A stretch of DNA of 63,307 bases, filler included, from Lenisia limosa (GCA_001655205.1; 17 parts of 17 records of this genome joined end to end with filler, not necessarily neighbours in it); one strand, 5' to 3'. Positions 39,401-51,384 are shown, numbered from the whole stretch's first letter. The notes: generated by a model from the letters alone, not told the origin. A program made the numbers and translations.

Positions 39401-40793
39401 AGTAAGCAATTATTTGGGAGTTAGTTTATAGCCCATTTTTGACGACATACCAGTGGCTAAATGAATGATACCATAAAATTGTATCTTTCAAGATAGTTAT
39501 CTGAAGTTTCTTCTGAAATACCCAATGGAATTTCTTCAAGACTAATGACTACAATAGCAGTTCAGACAAGTACATTGACATCATCATGCTTGACTTCGCT
39601 GGAGTTTCCATTGCCAACCATATGACGTTTCCACTAATGTACGTCATTCAAAGAAGTACCCCATACATATGTATATACATGTACGTATTAAATGTCAGAA
39701 TGAAGCAGCAAAGAAATATGTATCTTAATCAGGAAATTCTTTGATATTTTCCCCTCTTTATTATTAACACTTCATTGTACTGTTTGTCATGGCTGGGGCG
39801 AAGTCACATCGCAAATGTTGATTAGATAGCTATCTCATATATTCAGAGTCGGCATTCTTCTCTTCCGATGTGTCATAGAACTAGCAGCTGGGCTATTCTT
39901 CAAACTGGGGGCGATTGATCTTATTCTGAGAGTATGTTCTGTGCTTTACTTGAACCTGAAAGCTAACAGTCTAATTTTCGGCTAATATGTGATATTGAAT
40001 TTGATGTCGACGATTCATTCTGCTTGAATAAGATCTTGCAAGTAGCAATTTATAGAGTTACCACGCACAGTGCCCTTTTGAAATTACTGACAGCTAAGGT
40101 GGGTATCCTATGCTGCCAGATTCTCGCCTGCATATTCGTGGCGTATCATCGTGAAAACCAAATGAGGCATTCCTTTCTGGCTGAAGTGGGGGAGGGTAGA
40201 ATTTAATGCATTTCTTATCTTTTTTGAAAAGCTGAACAGTTTTCGTATTTCCTGAACATTAATTTCGTTAAATCTGCAACAATTTACTGAAACGTTTCTA
40301 TTCCCTGACGACTATTTAGAAAGCCATTCTCTCTCAAAAATTACTCTCAAAGCGTGAGTTGGATTTCATTTTATGGAAAGGATTATTAGAATGACAGCTG
40401 TGGTTTCTTTCCCCTCATTATTGACAGGGTTTTTGACTCAGCTAATTCCAAGGCATTTTGTGGAGCCAATGTTGAAGAAGCCGCAAGTTTTCGAAAACCT
40501 CAAAAGCAACATTTCTGTTGTTCAGGTTGGTGTATTACCCCCACAACACTGGGATGCTTTTTTATTGTCTGGTTTTCTCCTCCAGATGATCTCTCCTTGT
40601 GTAGTTGTTATCATTCGGTCAATGTTCTTACAATATCCACAATTCATGGTGTTAATTTTCTTTCAAATTAATGCATTTTGTGGCACTTTTTATTCTTGTC
40701 AACCTTTTAGTCGGATATTGTTGGATTCACTGCAATGTCAAAGAACACTGATCCAAAAAGAGTTTTTACCGCCCTCAATCAAATATTTTCAAG
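33430..40793 (+). CDS. Membrane class III nucleotidyl cyclase with two cyclase domains (TM-C1-TM-C2), guanylyl-type; 3' truncated
   Basis: C1: SAMMPRYATELLQQG..ITVLFAN, TDTLCKQHSCYKLEQVEETILIVGGLP, LNLGAHSGPVVAGVLG, HWCMVGTTLNTAARVAAK..QLLISSTT, EGSIAAKGLGMLAVW. Then hydrophobic exons, AYHRENQMRHSFL, and C2: FLTQLIPRHFVEPML..ISVVQ/SDIVGFTAMSKNTDPKRVFTALNQIFS. Further 5' exons may start near 31620. Confidence 0.85.
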
Positions 40794-40924
40794 GTAAATC
40801 ACTTGACTGATTCTGTTTATGCATGNNNNNNNNNNNNNNNNNNNNNNNNNNNNNNNNNNNNNNNNNNNNTTAATTAATTAANNNNNNNNNNNNNNNNNNN
40901 NNNNNNNNNNNNNNNNNNNNNNNN

Positions 40925-42163
40925 NGTATCATCTTTGTCAACGATAAGGTTCGTCTGAATCCTTGGGCTATGGCCAAACATTTCGTTGGATCCCAAGATG
41001 AACTCTTCACTGTTGGTCTTTTTTCTCCCGTTCGTACAGCACTGTATAGTTGTGTGCTCAACACTCTCTCACTCATCGACTACATCACCACCGCCAAGTC
41101 TGATGACGTCACTACCGCCAAGTCCGGCTGGGTCTCAGTTCGGAACTATTACGATGATCTCGACGCCAAGGAGTTTGAGCAGTTCGACAAGGACCCTGAT
41201 CACCGTCTTCCTTGGGACTCTTCCGTTGTTGTTCCATCTCCTGTATGTGGGTTCATAAATACAATGGTGATATTATGAGTTTTTTTAAAAAAATGTTTTT
41301 TTTTTTTGACATCATACCAAATCATATCATATGATATTATAATATAATAGGCCACTGAAACTATTGATATTGATCAAAAAAAAATTGTTATGAAGTTCTA
41401 TTGATTACCCATTCGTGTGTCTATATTCATGATTCTAGTATTTTGACGNNNNNNNNNNGATGAGTTTTTTTAAAAAAATGTTTTTTTTTTGACATCATAC
41501 CAAATCATATCATATGATATAATAATATAATAGGCTACTGAAACTACTGATATTGATCAAAAATAAATTGAGAATTTCAGTTTTGGACAGATATGAAGTT
41601 CTATTGATTACCCATTCGTGTGTCTATATTCATGATTCTAGTATTTTGACGCCATTGACACCACTGAGGCTGAAAAAAAAACCCAAAAGAACAAACATTG
41701 AGTCCATGTCTCTCAATGAAAGGGCAGCATTGATTAACGAAGCAGCCAGGAAGGTTAGATTGGATCGTGTTGTAGAATATTAAAAAAAAAAACTGAATAT
41801 ACACCGATTGTTTAGATAATAATAAATTTAAATGATTTCTTTTCCATTTGAAAATGATTTCATTTATCCAATAATAATAATTGTAGGAGTTCACTAAAAA
41901 GCGCAATCGCCAGCGAGAGGCTACAGCTACTGCCGTCAGGACTGTCCACGCCCGCCAAGCCACCCAGGTAGGGTTAGAGCATGACCGTAATTTAGTTTTC
42001 TGGGACTGTTTAACGTATGTATTCCTATTCAAGTTTGTATTTTTGTTTTGATAGGTAACACAAATTACTAANNNNNNNNNNGGTGTTAATAACTCCACAG
42101 GCAAAAAAAGCTACTGCCAAGCGCCGTATCCCAGCTGGTCAAGCTGCTGCCAAAAAGGCCTAA
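40925..42163 (+). CDS. Hypothetical protein with basic Ala/Lys-rich C-terminus (5' partial)
   Basis: Exons ..YYDDLDAKEFEQFDKDPDHRLPWDSSVVVPSP, ..IESMSLNERAALINEAARK, EFTKKRNRQREATATAVRTVHARQATQ, AKKATAKRRIPAGQAAAKKA*; the last three exons are phase-compatible. Confidence 0.55.
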
Positions 42164-42538
42164 TTCCATTGTTTTTCGTGATTTATTATTTGATCTGGTA
42201 TTGGTATTGTTGTAAGTTGTGTTACTATTTCTGGTATTTGTGCTCAATTTGGTCTCTTTGTTCAAATGCATACATATGTAAATGTATAGGCCAAAATCTT
42301 TTCTTTTTTTTTACTAATAAGACTGCTCTTATCGTTGTACTATGGCTAATGTGTTTAGTCTTGTGGTGATACAAAAATAAGAAAAGACGAACAGTTAAAA
42401 AACAACAACAATAACAAAAAAAAGTAAACCAAAAAAGGGTTTGTTTTTTTAAAAGAAAGCTTGTCCGGAGTTTTGATGTGCCCAATTCATTTTGAATGTT
42501 GGCCGGCACTTTGATGACCCACATATATGTATTATGTA

Positions 42539-42636
42539 TGGGCTTCCCTGCGGTCAGAAAACGACGGGTAAAAATCGATATTTATCGAGGATTTCTCGAG
42601 AAATTCAGTCTTTTTTGTGACCAAAGGCAAGCCCTG
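42539..42636. mobile_element. hAT-like mini-MITE (family 4), 98 bp
   Basis: TIRs TGGGCTTCCCTGCGGTCAGAAAA and (rc) CAGGGCTTGCCTTTGGTCACAAAA; 8-bp flanks ATTATGTA / ATTATGTT (7 of 8 identical). Confidence 0.78.
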
Positions 42637-42718
42637 ATTATGTTTTAAAGATGATGAGCTCCAAACAGCTAGAGATACATGTATATGTAAAATGTGAATG
42701 TAAAAAATATATATTGTA

Positions 42719-43967
42719 TAGTCGAAGCTCCGGACATCATTCAAAATCTCCGGACACATCAAAACTCCCGGATAAAAGTACAATAAACTTCATTTTCATG
42801 TTACTTTCGATAGTAATTTCAGTCATAATCACAGGATTGATTGAATGCGGTTTTTATATATTCTTGGCTCAAGCCCAACTTAAGTCACTTGGCTACCCGT
42901 TTGCGGCCATTAAACTGCCAAAAATAACCAAAACCGTTACAATCGGCCACATTCAAGGAATAAATGGCATCCGGGAAAGTTTGACCTTGTAGAAAGCACT
43001 NNNNNNNNNNTGAATATACACCGACTGTTAAGATAATAATAAATTTAAATGATTTCTTTTCCATTTGAAAATTATGTCATTTATCCAATAATAATAATTG
43101 TAGGAGTTCACTAAAAAGCGCAATCGCCAGTGAGAGGCTACAGCTACTGCCGTCAGGACTGTCCACGCCCGCCAAGCCACCCCACAGGTAGGGTTAGAGC
43201 ATGACCGTAATTTAGTTTTCTGGGACTGTTGAACGTATGTATTCCTATTCAAGTTTGTATTTTTGTTTTGATAGGTAACAAATTACTAATTTTCGAACGT
43301 GTTAATAACTCCACAGGCAAAAAAAAAACTACTGCCAAGCGCCGTACCCCAGCTGGTCAAGCTGCAGCCAAGAAGGCCTAATTCCATTGTTTTTCGTGAT
43401 TTATTATTTGATCTGGTATTGGTATTGTTGTAAGTTGTGTTACTCTATAATATATGGTATTTTTGCTCAATTTGGTCTCTTTGTTCAAATGCATACATAT
43501 GTAAATGTATAGGCCAAAATCTTTTCTTGTTTTATTAATAAGACTGCTCTTATCGTTGTACTATGGCTAATGTGTTTAGTCTTGTGGTGATACAANNNNN
43601 NNNNNAGAACATTTTTCTCTCAAAATTCACCATTACATAGCCAAAGCAAGGGGAAATCCATAACCAATTACTCCGAGGGGTACAATTTTTTGTTTCTTAA
43701 CACTAAAAGAGGGATAGATTAAGAAAAAAATCCCGTGAAAAGGCAAAAGGGGCCACCCAAGACCAAATTCACGGATTTTTGACACTTGCTTAAAATTGAA
43801 AAAAAAAGTTGGGGAACATTAAGAGGTCATTTTTTCTATATATCTGTCGAACCAGTTTTGTATTAAGCACTACCGTTGACCCATACAAGAGGTCAACTTC
43901 AAGCTGTCCGGGAGTTTTGATGTGTACGGTGAATTTTGAATGCTGTCCGGAGCTTTGAGGACCCATA
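42719..43967. mobile_element. Family 3 pogo-like element, split by an interposed contig (43011-43595); solo end at 42460-42522
   Basis: Left TIR at 42719; the interior stops at the N gap at 43000 and resumes at 43607, within a few bases of where it stopped relative to the 62702 copy; right TIR at about 43900-43967. Confidence 0.85.
43011..43595. repeat. Near-identical duplicate of 41790-42385 (probable allelic haplotig)
   Basis: Same exons and introns with small indels, bounded by 10-11-N gaps. 41270-41450 versus 41460-41660 shows the same pattern. Confidence 0.8.
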
Positions 43968-44029
43968 GTATAGTATATATGTACATGAGCCCCCCCCCCC
44001 CNNNNNNNNNNACTTTGATGACCCACCTA

Positions 44030-46520
44030 GTATATATTATCGATATTTCACTGGCGTTTGTTTCTTGAGGAAGCCCTGGCTGAGACGGCCCCCCTCCCAC
44101 TGGCAAAGAAGCAAGCTGTGAGCTCAGAAAAGCGATAGTTTCGGCCCACGCAGCAGGGGTGTCTGGTAACTCCATCTTCTCAGTGAGTGTCGCAACGTAT
44201 CGCACAGCAGCCTGCAGGAATGAGGGAAATTGTACCAAGATTCTGGGAATAAAGGAAGTGCAATTTTAGGGATTGGGAAGGGGGGGGGGGGCAAAGATTT
44301 TGTCAAAATCAAGATTGAACCCGGAAAAGAACACTGCTTTGGTCACCAGCTCCTTGGCTTACCCGAATGCTCATATTTCTGAACCGTGTAGCAGCCAGCG
44401 CAAGATGAATATCTGCATCTTCCTCGTTAACATCTTCCTCGTTGCTGCTTGATTCGATCTTAAAAATGTTAGGGAAAATCAAATCATATCAGCCTTCGCT
44501 GTGATAAATTGACATTAGAAAACTCAGTGAATATTGACAATGTAAAATATGGAACATCCATTAAAATGTGACACTCAATAAAAAATACCCCCAAAAGACC
44601 ACCCCTCTCCAAATTGAAGTGATTTTTTGCTTGATGGGTCGACTCTACCATCCACTCCCTAGCCAACATCTTCCTCAATGTCTTTCTCAGACTCAGCTTC
44701 CGTGCGGATATTGTCCGTTTTAAAGGACAGGTAAGTGGGGCTATTAGACTGTCGAAGGGAGTCAACGCCAAGGTCTTCGCCGCGGGTCTGTGCCTAAATA
44801 GGAAATGATGAGGGGGGGGGGCAACTATACACGAGGGTTTTCAAGAAAAAAAAACTACCTCAGCGTACTTTATGTGAAAAAACAACGCAACAGCTATACA
44901 TTCAAATTCTTTTTCAAAAAGTGTACAGAGAAGAAAAAAAAGCAGCAGTCCATCAATATTATATCTAATCCCTAGTTTCACTTTATCTTTTTGTTTATGG
45001 TAGATTCCTGTATCCTTTAAGAGTATCTTATCCTATACACGTGTGAAACTCTAAATAACGGGGGTACAAACCTGCGATTGCATCATCATTCTAATCTTTC
45101 TCTTTTTCTCGGCTTCTTGTTCTTCTCTGAGTCGGAGCTCCTTTTGTCGCTCGTCTTCTTCAGACTGATGCGTTATATGACATCTGGCGATCCTACCTCA
45201 GATTCACTGCCGCTTTCAGAGTCACTCCAATTGCCCCAACCTGAAGGACCTACAGTTTTTTATTACCAAAAAAAGACAGATACCCATGAAATACTGTTAT
45301 CAACCCTTTTTGACACCAAGTTGGAATCTCCTGTACATCAAGTGGGAGTATTGCATTTGGGTTTTCCAATGCTATGGGTTTTGAAATAACACATTCAAAT
45401 AAACACACCAGGATTAAAAACAGATTTTAAAACCAATGTGAAAGTTACCTTAATGTTATACCACGAAACGTGTCAAAAAAAAGAGTAGTCTACAATCCTC
45501 CTCCTCCCCACTTGAGACAGGATTAGCATGAGCAAGGTGAACAGGGCTCCCGAACCCAAGGGTGTCTACAGGTTTGGCAGGAGAGCTGAGCGTTGGAGGG
45601 GTCGAAAGTGAAGGTGTTGGAACCGGCTTTAACGGGAACTAAACTCTTAAAAATACACACTGCTAAATCAATCTTATGAACAATGGAAGTATTTTTTGAT
45701 ATGAGAGAAATTTTGTTTATATACAGCATTATATATAGTGGTTTTTTTTGGAACCTGTTGAACNNNNNNNNNNNNNNNNNNNNNNNNNNNNNNNNNNNNN
45801 NNNNNNNNNNNNNNNNNNNNNNNNNNNNTCTTTGGACTTTAGAGACTTCACCATTTTCGCCTTGATTGTCAAAATAACCAACCAACACTATAGCAATTCC
45901 ACACAATGCCAGATGAACTTAAAAATAGTGTAAAGTGTATTATTATTCGACATAGGCGACACCCCGCTCGACCTGAACAATGTCATCACGAGAGAGCCGC
46001 ATAAAGGAAAGACTGGGACACCCCGCGTGGGCGTATGCATATGCTGAGCAGTGTGTGAGGGACCTAATATGTGAGAAAAAGTATGTAAATTTCGGGAATG
46101 TAAAGAGAGTATTTAAAGAAATAATAACCTGTAAATATTGTTGCCATTTGAGATGTCAATAGTGCCTTGTTTTTATTTTTTTCGTTTTTCTTTGTGTGTG
46201 CGTGTGTTTGTGTGAATAATGTGAAGGAGACAGGGGGGGGGGGGGGNNNNNNNNNNCGCAGAGTAGTCTTAAGTCCTGAGCCGAGTTGGACCTGAGATGG
46301 GGGTAAAGTTGGACAATTTATGAAACAACAAAGCCCAAAATCAACTCTGTTGGCTGGTAACACACACTATCTGTAAAAAAATTAGAATAGAGCCCCCCCC
46401 CCTCTGAAAATTAACGATGAAATGAGAGAGAATAACAACAGAACCTACCCTTTGAAGACATAGGAACCTCCATGTAGCTTCAAGAAAGCTGAAATACGGT
46501 GACCGGAAGGTTATTGAGCG
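44030..46520 (-). CDS. Multi-exon hypothetical protein with acidic/charged low-complexity regions
   Basis: Exons GPSGWGNWSDSESGSESE, SEEDERQKELRLREEQEAEKKRKIRMMMQSQ, AQTRGEDLGVDSLRQ..., IESSSNEEDVNEEDADIHLALAATRFRNMSIR, AAVRYVATLTEKMELPDTPAAWAETIAFLSSQL; GT-AG bounded. Confidence 0.6.
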
Positions 46521-46545
46521 GGAGACACAAAGAAGAAATTTATGT

Positions 46546-46655
46546 GAAGCCGTCCACACCATGACGCTTATAAGAGATATTGGATTATAGAATAATATTA
46601 ATTCACCCAATCATTTGCCTTACAGCTCTGTGGCTTTCTGCGTGCCTCCCCAGCA
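46546..46655 (-). repeat. Repeat family 1 copy
   Basis: On +: GAAGCCGTCCACACCATGACGCTTATAAGAGAT...GCTTTCTGCGTGCCTCCCCAGCA. Confidence 0.9.
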
Positions 46656-48566
46656 ACCATATTATTAGAATATATCAGATGAAAAAGAAGCGAGTATGTA
46701 TTCTGTTTTCATGGTATCCTTTTTATTTATTTTTCGTTTCCCAATATTATAAATCATATTATTTCTTGTCCAAAAAACAAAGACAATAGAGTCCAACCTT
46801 TTTCAAAGAAGGAGACCCAAAGCTCGTCAGGATCAGTCGAATGGGCACATAGCAGCTGGCCTGAGCGCTAATATGTAATAGGGAGAGGTGACACATGGGT
46901 GGATAAGTGGGGATAAGAATAATGATACAAACAATAAAATAATAATAATTGGGAAGGTAGACACACTTCGTCAACATCAGCATGTTCAACAAATAATCAA
47001 AAAAAGGAAAAGATCAACATCCACACCTCCTTCTCTCCAAAACCTTTTTACATTTGCTAGTCTTTCGAACTTGAGACTGTGTTGGTGGTTTTTAATTTCC
47101 TTACAATAGCCACAAAAAACTCCACCAGGTACAGCTGCGCAGCCGGGACGACCTCTGTTGTTTTGTCGACTGGCCTCTTTTTTTTTTCTGATTTTTCACG
47201 AACGAACATGTCTGGGTATTAACTAGGTGTTGAGGAACTTGGCGTTCTCCTCCACAGGAGGTTCGGCGTGTAGTATTCGTTTTATATCATTCACAGACCG
47301 ACTATGCCAAGGACAAAAAGACCAACGCCAAGGCCACGAGAGGCAGGAAACACCACCGACAAGGTATGAGGTAATAATGAATGTATATTAACCCAAACGC
47401 TTAATAACTCGACTTTCCAATGAAAGATTCATTCGCACTGCCTAAGTCATATCAGCAACGCAATTAAAACAGGCTGCATGAAATGAGTTAAACTATAATG
47501 GACAGGGTGTAATTAAAGAGTTCACGTCGGTTCCATGAAACCCGATATCGAAGGTTTCTGGGTACTCACGTATAGGTTTTTTAAAAAAGTTGGTGATGCC
47601 ACAGGATGGCTGTTTGTGACGCAAATGGCTGGAAGACAGTCTGATATCATCGTTTTACTTTTGCTCACTGTGGTATGAGGAACACTGATGAAAGAAACAG
47701 ATCTGATTTCTTTCTATAAATATTTTGACTGAGAAACGTGTTCAGTTTCACGCTCTACTCTTAATTGGTTTTCATAGGTTTCAACTGGCATTACGCGAGG
47801 GCGAGGTGACTGCACACCCAACATTCCAACAAGACGCCACGTTTGCAGCTCATTTGAATGATTGCTTCCAGGGGCAATCATCACAGCAGCGCTGAAGCGG
47901 GCTTTTCCCCCACACAACAACCATCCTCAATTGATTATAATTATTAAGCTATCATATGCGTACCTCGCCATTGATGACCCAATCACCGACAACGTGAAAA
48001 CAGATGACAGCATGAATGTTGAACCAGTAGCGGGTGTTATTATTTCGTTCTAGTCCGGTAAATTCATGAGGAGTTGGAAGAATTGGCAGGACGCACGAAA
48101 CATTCTACTTGGCAACACCGAGCCAAACTAAGTAGAATGGGAAAAGACCCAGTTGTCTAATGTATAGATTTGTTTTCTATCACCCTGCCATATATCAGGT
48201 TTATGGAACATGGCATCATGAGGCAAGTCCCCTCATTTAAATCGTAATCGTTTTCGAAAGCACATTTATGCGTGGACATTACACAAATAACCATCTTTCA
48301 ATAACAATAGATAACATGATGTTGAATTAAAAAAGGAAGTCAGAATACAAGTACACAAAGATCATCAAGGTGATACGACATATCTTTTGCAGTAAAATAC
48401 TGATTTAGGTACAAAAAACAAAAAACAAAAAAAAAACAGTAAATGTGTGGATAAATTCTCAGTGGTAATATTCTCTTGATCTTTAACGGATCTGAGTGAA
48501 ACCTTCATTATTATACAGAGCTGAGAGATCTACAACACCACGCTTTAGATCTTGCACGCACCCTAC

Positions 48567-48667
48567 CTGGTCAACGGGCAAATAGTCGTCAAACCAAACC
48601 GCTCGCGTGGCGCCATTGAGATACATCTGAGCCACGTGCTTTCCGTTGGGGTTGTGTGAGGGAAACT
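48567..48667 (-). CDS. Calpain catalytic-domain exon (calpain-7/PalB-like)
   Basis: ccag|(E)FPSHNPNGKHVAQMYLNGATRAVWFDDYLPVDQ|gtaggg matches the NP.GKY...L.LNG..R.V..DD.LPVD segment of non-classical calpains. Other exons not identified. Confidence 0.62.
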
Positions 48668-49769
48668 CTGGACAGTAAGATGGTACATCTATGTATTAGT
48701 GTGTGTCCACCAAAGATAAAAGAAATTCCTGAGTGAACCAAAAAAATAAAAGAAAAGAAATTCCTGAGTGAACCAAAAAAAAAGAACAAAAATAATATTA
48801 ATGAAGAAGGGGTTACGAAAGAACAACTATATCAAAGGGTATGGATTGTGTGTGTAGAAATCCTGTATTCAATCTAGGAGCTCATAAGTATTAATACTAC
48901 AATTCTGGGTGGGAGGTGATGTGTTGGATTGGTGCTTGAAGATTTAAACAGTTAAAAACTTTGGGTAACTTTTTCTCCATGATCCTAGTTTCAATCGAGA
49001 CTGTCTTTATGAATTGAGACTTTATTTTTTAAAAAAGTTCTTTCACACTCCGCCCCCCTCGTAGTTCCCTCGTTTTACCCCCGAGTGGCCTGGTCTTTGT
49101 TTTGTTGTTCTTCACCTCTGTGTAACAAGCGATTTGGGGCTTTTTTTTATTTTGTTTTATAAATTATCCAATTTTACCCCCCCCCCCTATATTTTGTTAA
49201 CACATCTTTACAACCAAGATCGTTACATTCAAGCACTACAGCTTTGTCCCTTCAAATTAGAAGTAGCTCTGTGAAGACTACATCCAGTCGCTGCTGGTCG
49301 CCTCAGTCCCCGACAATAACGACGGGCTCGAGACTATCTCGGCAGACTGCACAGAGATTGGAGTTCGCAATCTTCCGGTCTTCGACACCGGTGTTTCCAG
49401 CACCAATCCCCCTAGAAAATTGTTTGTGGTGTTTTCGGTAAAAACCAAAAGTAACTGAACTAGCTGATCACCCTGATCTCGTCACCTATTCTTAGATCTT
49501 TTAACTTTTTTCTGTCTTGGGTTGCTCAACGTTATTAAGTTCAATGTTGCCCTCAATATGGAAAATATGGCAATTGAAAAATGTTATCTTTTCCCGAAGA
49601 TGGTGTTAATGAACGCTTTTTTTTATATTAAACATGTAAGATCCCATTAACAATGCCACTCAAACATCTTTCATATCAACTTTGTAAAAGTTTTCAAACG
49701 TAATCCCCGCAATAAAATGGCCGAAATCAAGAATGTCAACGTATGGTTATCAATATAAGGATAAGGACA

Positions 49770-51242
49770 TGCCAACTTGAAGTGTTGAGGGGGAACATAG
49801 CTCGAGAAATCAAGGGCCTCTTGAAACGAAGCTCCCAATGGGCGCAGATGATAAGAGAGCAGAGGAAGGAACAATCTAGGGGGGGGGGGGNNNNNNNNNN
49901 NNNNNNNNNNNNNNNNNNNNNNNNNNNNNNNNNNNNNNNNNNNNNNNNNNNNNNNNNNNNNNNNNNNNNNNNNNNNNNNNNNNNNNNNNNNNNNNNNNTA
50001 CCTAGAAACACGAGGGTTGAAAACAACTAAACAAAGCCCAAGCCAGTTGCTTCTGCAAGCACCACATCTCCACGTGGGTGGGGTGAGAAAAAATAACATC
50101 TATATTCATCTAAAAACAGCAAGATCTCAACTCCATTTACAGGAGAGGTGCCGAGAATAGAAGCCCGCACTAAGGCCTTCACTGCGGTAGAAAATGATCG
50201 GAAAACAACCACAATACTTCAATGATTTATCGAGAAATTCAGTATTTTTTCGAACCGAAGTGAAGCATTACCCCCATTTCTAACCATCGACTTTGCCTTG
50301 AAGCACCGACAACGGTGATGGGAAGTTGTTAGAGAGGATTTTGGGGCGAAGGGGGCAGATTTGATGCGGACGGCGCCATACACATCCAGCCTGATTCTTT
50401 AGAATGGGGGGGGGGGTATTCTATGAAACAAAAATAAAGAAGCCCAAAATCAACTCTGCAGCAAGAGTTGAAAACAACAAAACAAACAAAGCCAAGGCCA
50501 GTCGCCTCTGCATCACCACCGCATCCCATCACTCCAGGGGTGTAAAATTGGATAATTAACGAAACACACAAAACCCAGAATTAACACTGCACACCATGGA
50601 GGGGGTTAGGACGAGGGGCTTGTCGTTCAAGGGTTGGTCAAACCCAGTCGGGCCCTTTGAGGGCCAAATGGCTAAGGTAATCCCGTTGACAACTCCTGTG
50701 GGGAGTGAGAATGCACCTACACCACCTAGCTTATGATATAACAAACCATATGTGAGCACAGAGTTTTAAGGCAAATGATTAGGTGAATTAATATTATATG
50801 CGTGATGGTGTGGTGGACGGCTTCGGTCAGATTCAATGATATATTTCTCAACTCTCATACAAAACAATTGGAGATATTTTGAATCTGAGACCTTGAATCC
50901 CCCTCACCCGTTTTAGTAAGGAAGCCAGCCTCTTCGCGGTCGCGAGGGAGAATCGGAGGGGAAGGTCCCAACATTTCACTCGCACTGCAACATTAACACT
51001 GGCCATTGAACGGACTAAAGATTCACTAACACTGTCATTTTAATACTGACCACTATAGGATAAGCACTGGCACTACTTTTGAATAATGAATATCAATGGG
51101 GTAGTATGGTTATTTGTTTGATTATTTTGTATCCAGAAAATATTGATTTATTTAACGGTCCGTCACCTTGGCGTTGAGATTTGAAACGACGGTGTGGATG
51201 GCGAGTGGGGGTTCACGGAGGGTGGATGAGGCTGAAGGGATT
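49770..51242 (-). CDS. Multi-exon hypothetical protein
   Basis: Consecutive phase-compatible exons 51167-51242, 50908-50984, ~50597-50697, ~50290-50396 and ~50140-50190 (ESLQPHPPSV.., ASEMLGPSPPILPRDREEAGFLTKT, GVVNGITLAIW.., NQAGCVWRR.., VKALVRASILGTSP). Confidence 0.55.
50399..50597 (-). repeat. Predicted intron composed almost entirely of family 2 sequence (about 1.4 tandem units)
   Basis: Partial unit GCAGTGTTAATTCTGGG..AATTATCCAATTTTACACCCC, then a full unit GCAGAGGCGACTGGCCTTGGCTTTG..GCAGAGTTGATTTTGGGC..CCCCCCCCATTCTAAAG. Confidence 0.75.
50752..50835 (+). repeat. Repeat family 1 partial copy
   Basis: GCACAGAGTTTTAAGGCAAATGATTAGGTGAATT..GTGGACGGCTTCGGTCAGA. Confidence 0.85.
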
Positions 51243-51384
51243 CTACATCAAATAAAAAACAAGGTTGTTTCTGGCCGAAGCAGTCACCATTAGATATAGA
51301 ATTATAGTATAGCATTATTAATTCACCCAACCATTTGCTTTACAACTCTGTGTAAACAGCTGTCTTCGTGCCTCCATAGCATAC
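51243..51384 (-). repeat. Repeat family 1 full copy whose end forms a predicted 3' splice site
   Basis: On -: GTATGCTATGGAGGCACG...CAACCTTGTTTTTTATTTGATGTAG, immediately followed by predicted exon 51167-51242. Another copy begins at 51528-51557 and is cut by the scaffold end. Confidence 0.85.

Noticed and set aside
41270-43595. Tandem gene duplication with a transposon insertion
   Set aside because: The duplicated blocks are bounded by short N gaps and split a MITE that resumes almost seamlessly, which points to allelic contigs scaffolded in tandem.
49881-50070. Family 2 as a Helitron because two copies end in CTAG
   Set aside because: Other copies end differently, and no subterminal GC hairpin or 5' TC end is evident.
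50290-50984. PH domain in the minus-strand gene (REEAGFLTKTG; an alternative frame with FKAKS)
   Set aside because: The motifs fall in incompatible frames under GT-AG splicing, and the W..R.F.L strand is absent.
51243-51384. This family 1 copy as a complete GT-AG intron by itself
   Set aside because: The sequence upstream of its GT is AT-rich and joining it to the next exon in the required phase creates TAA; only the acceptor role is supportable.
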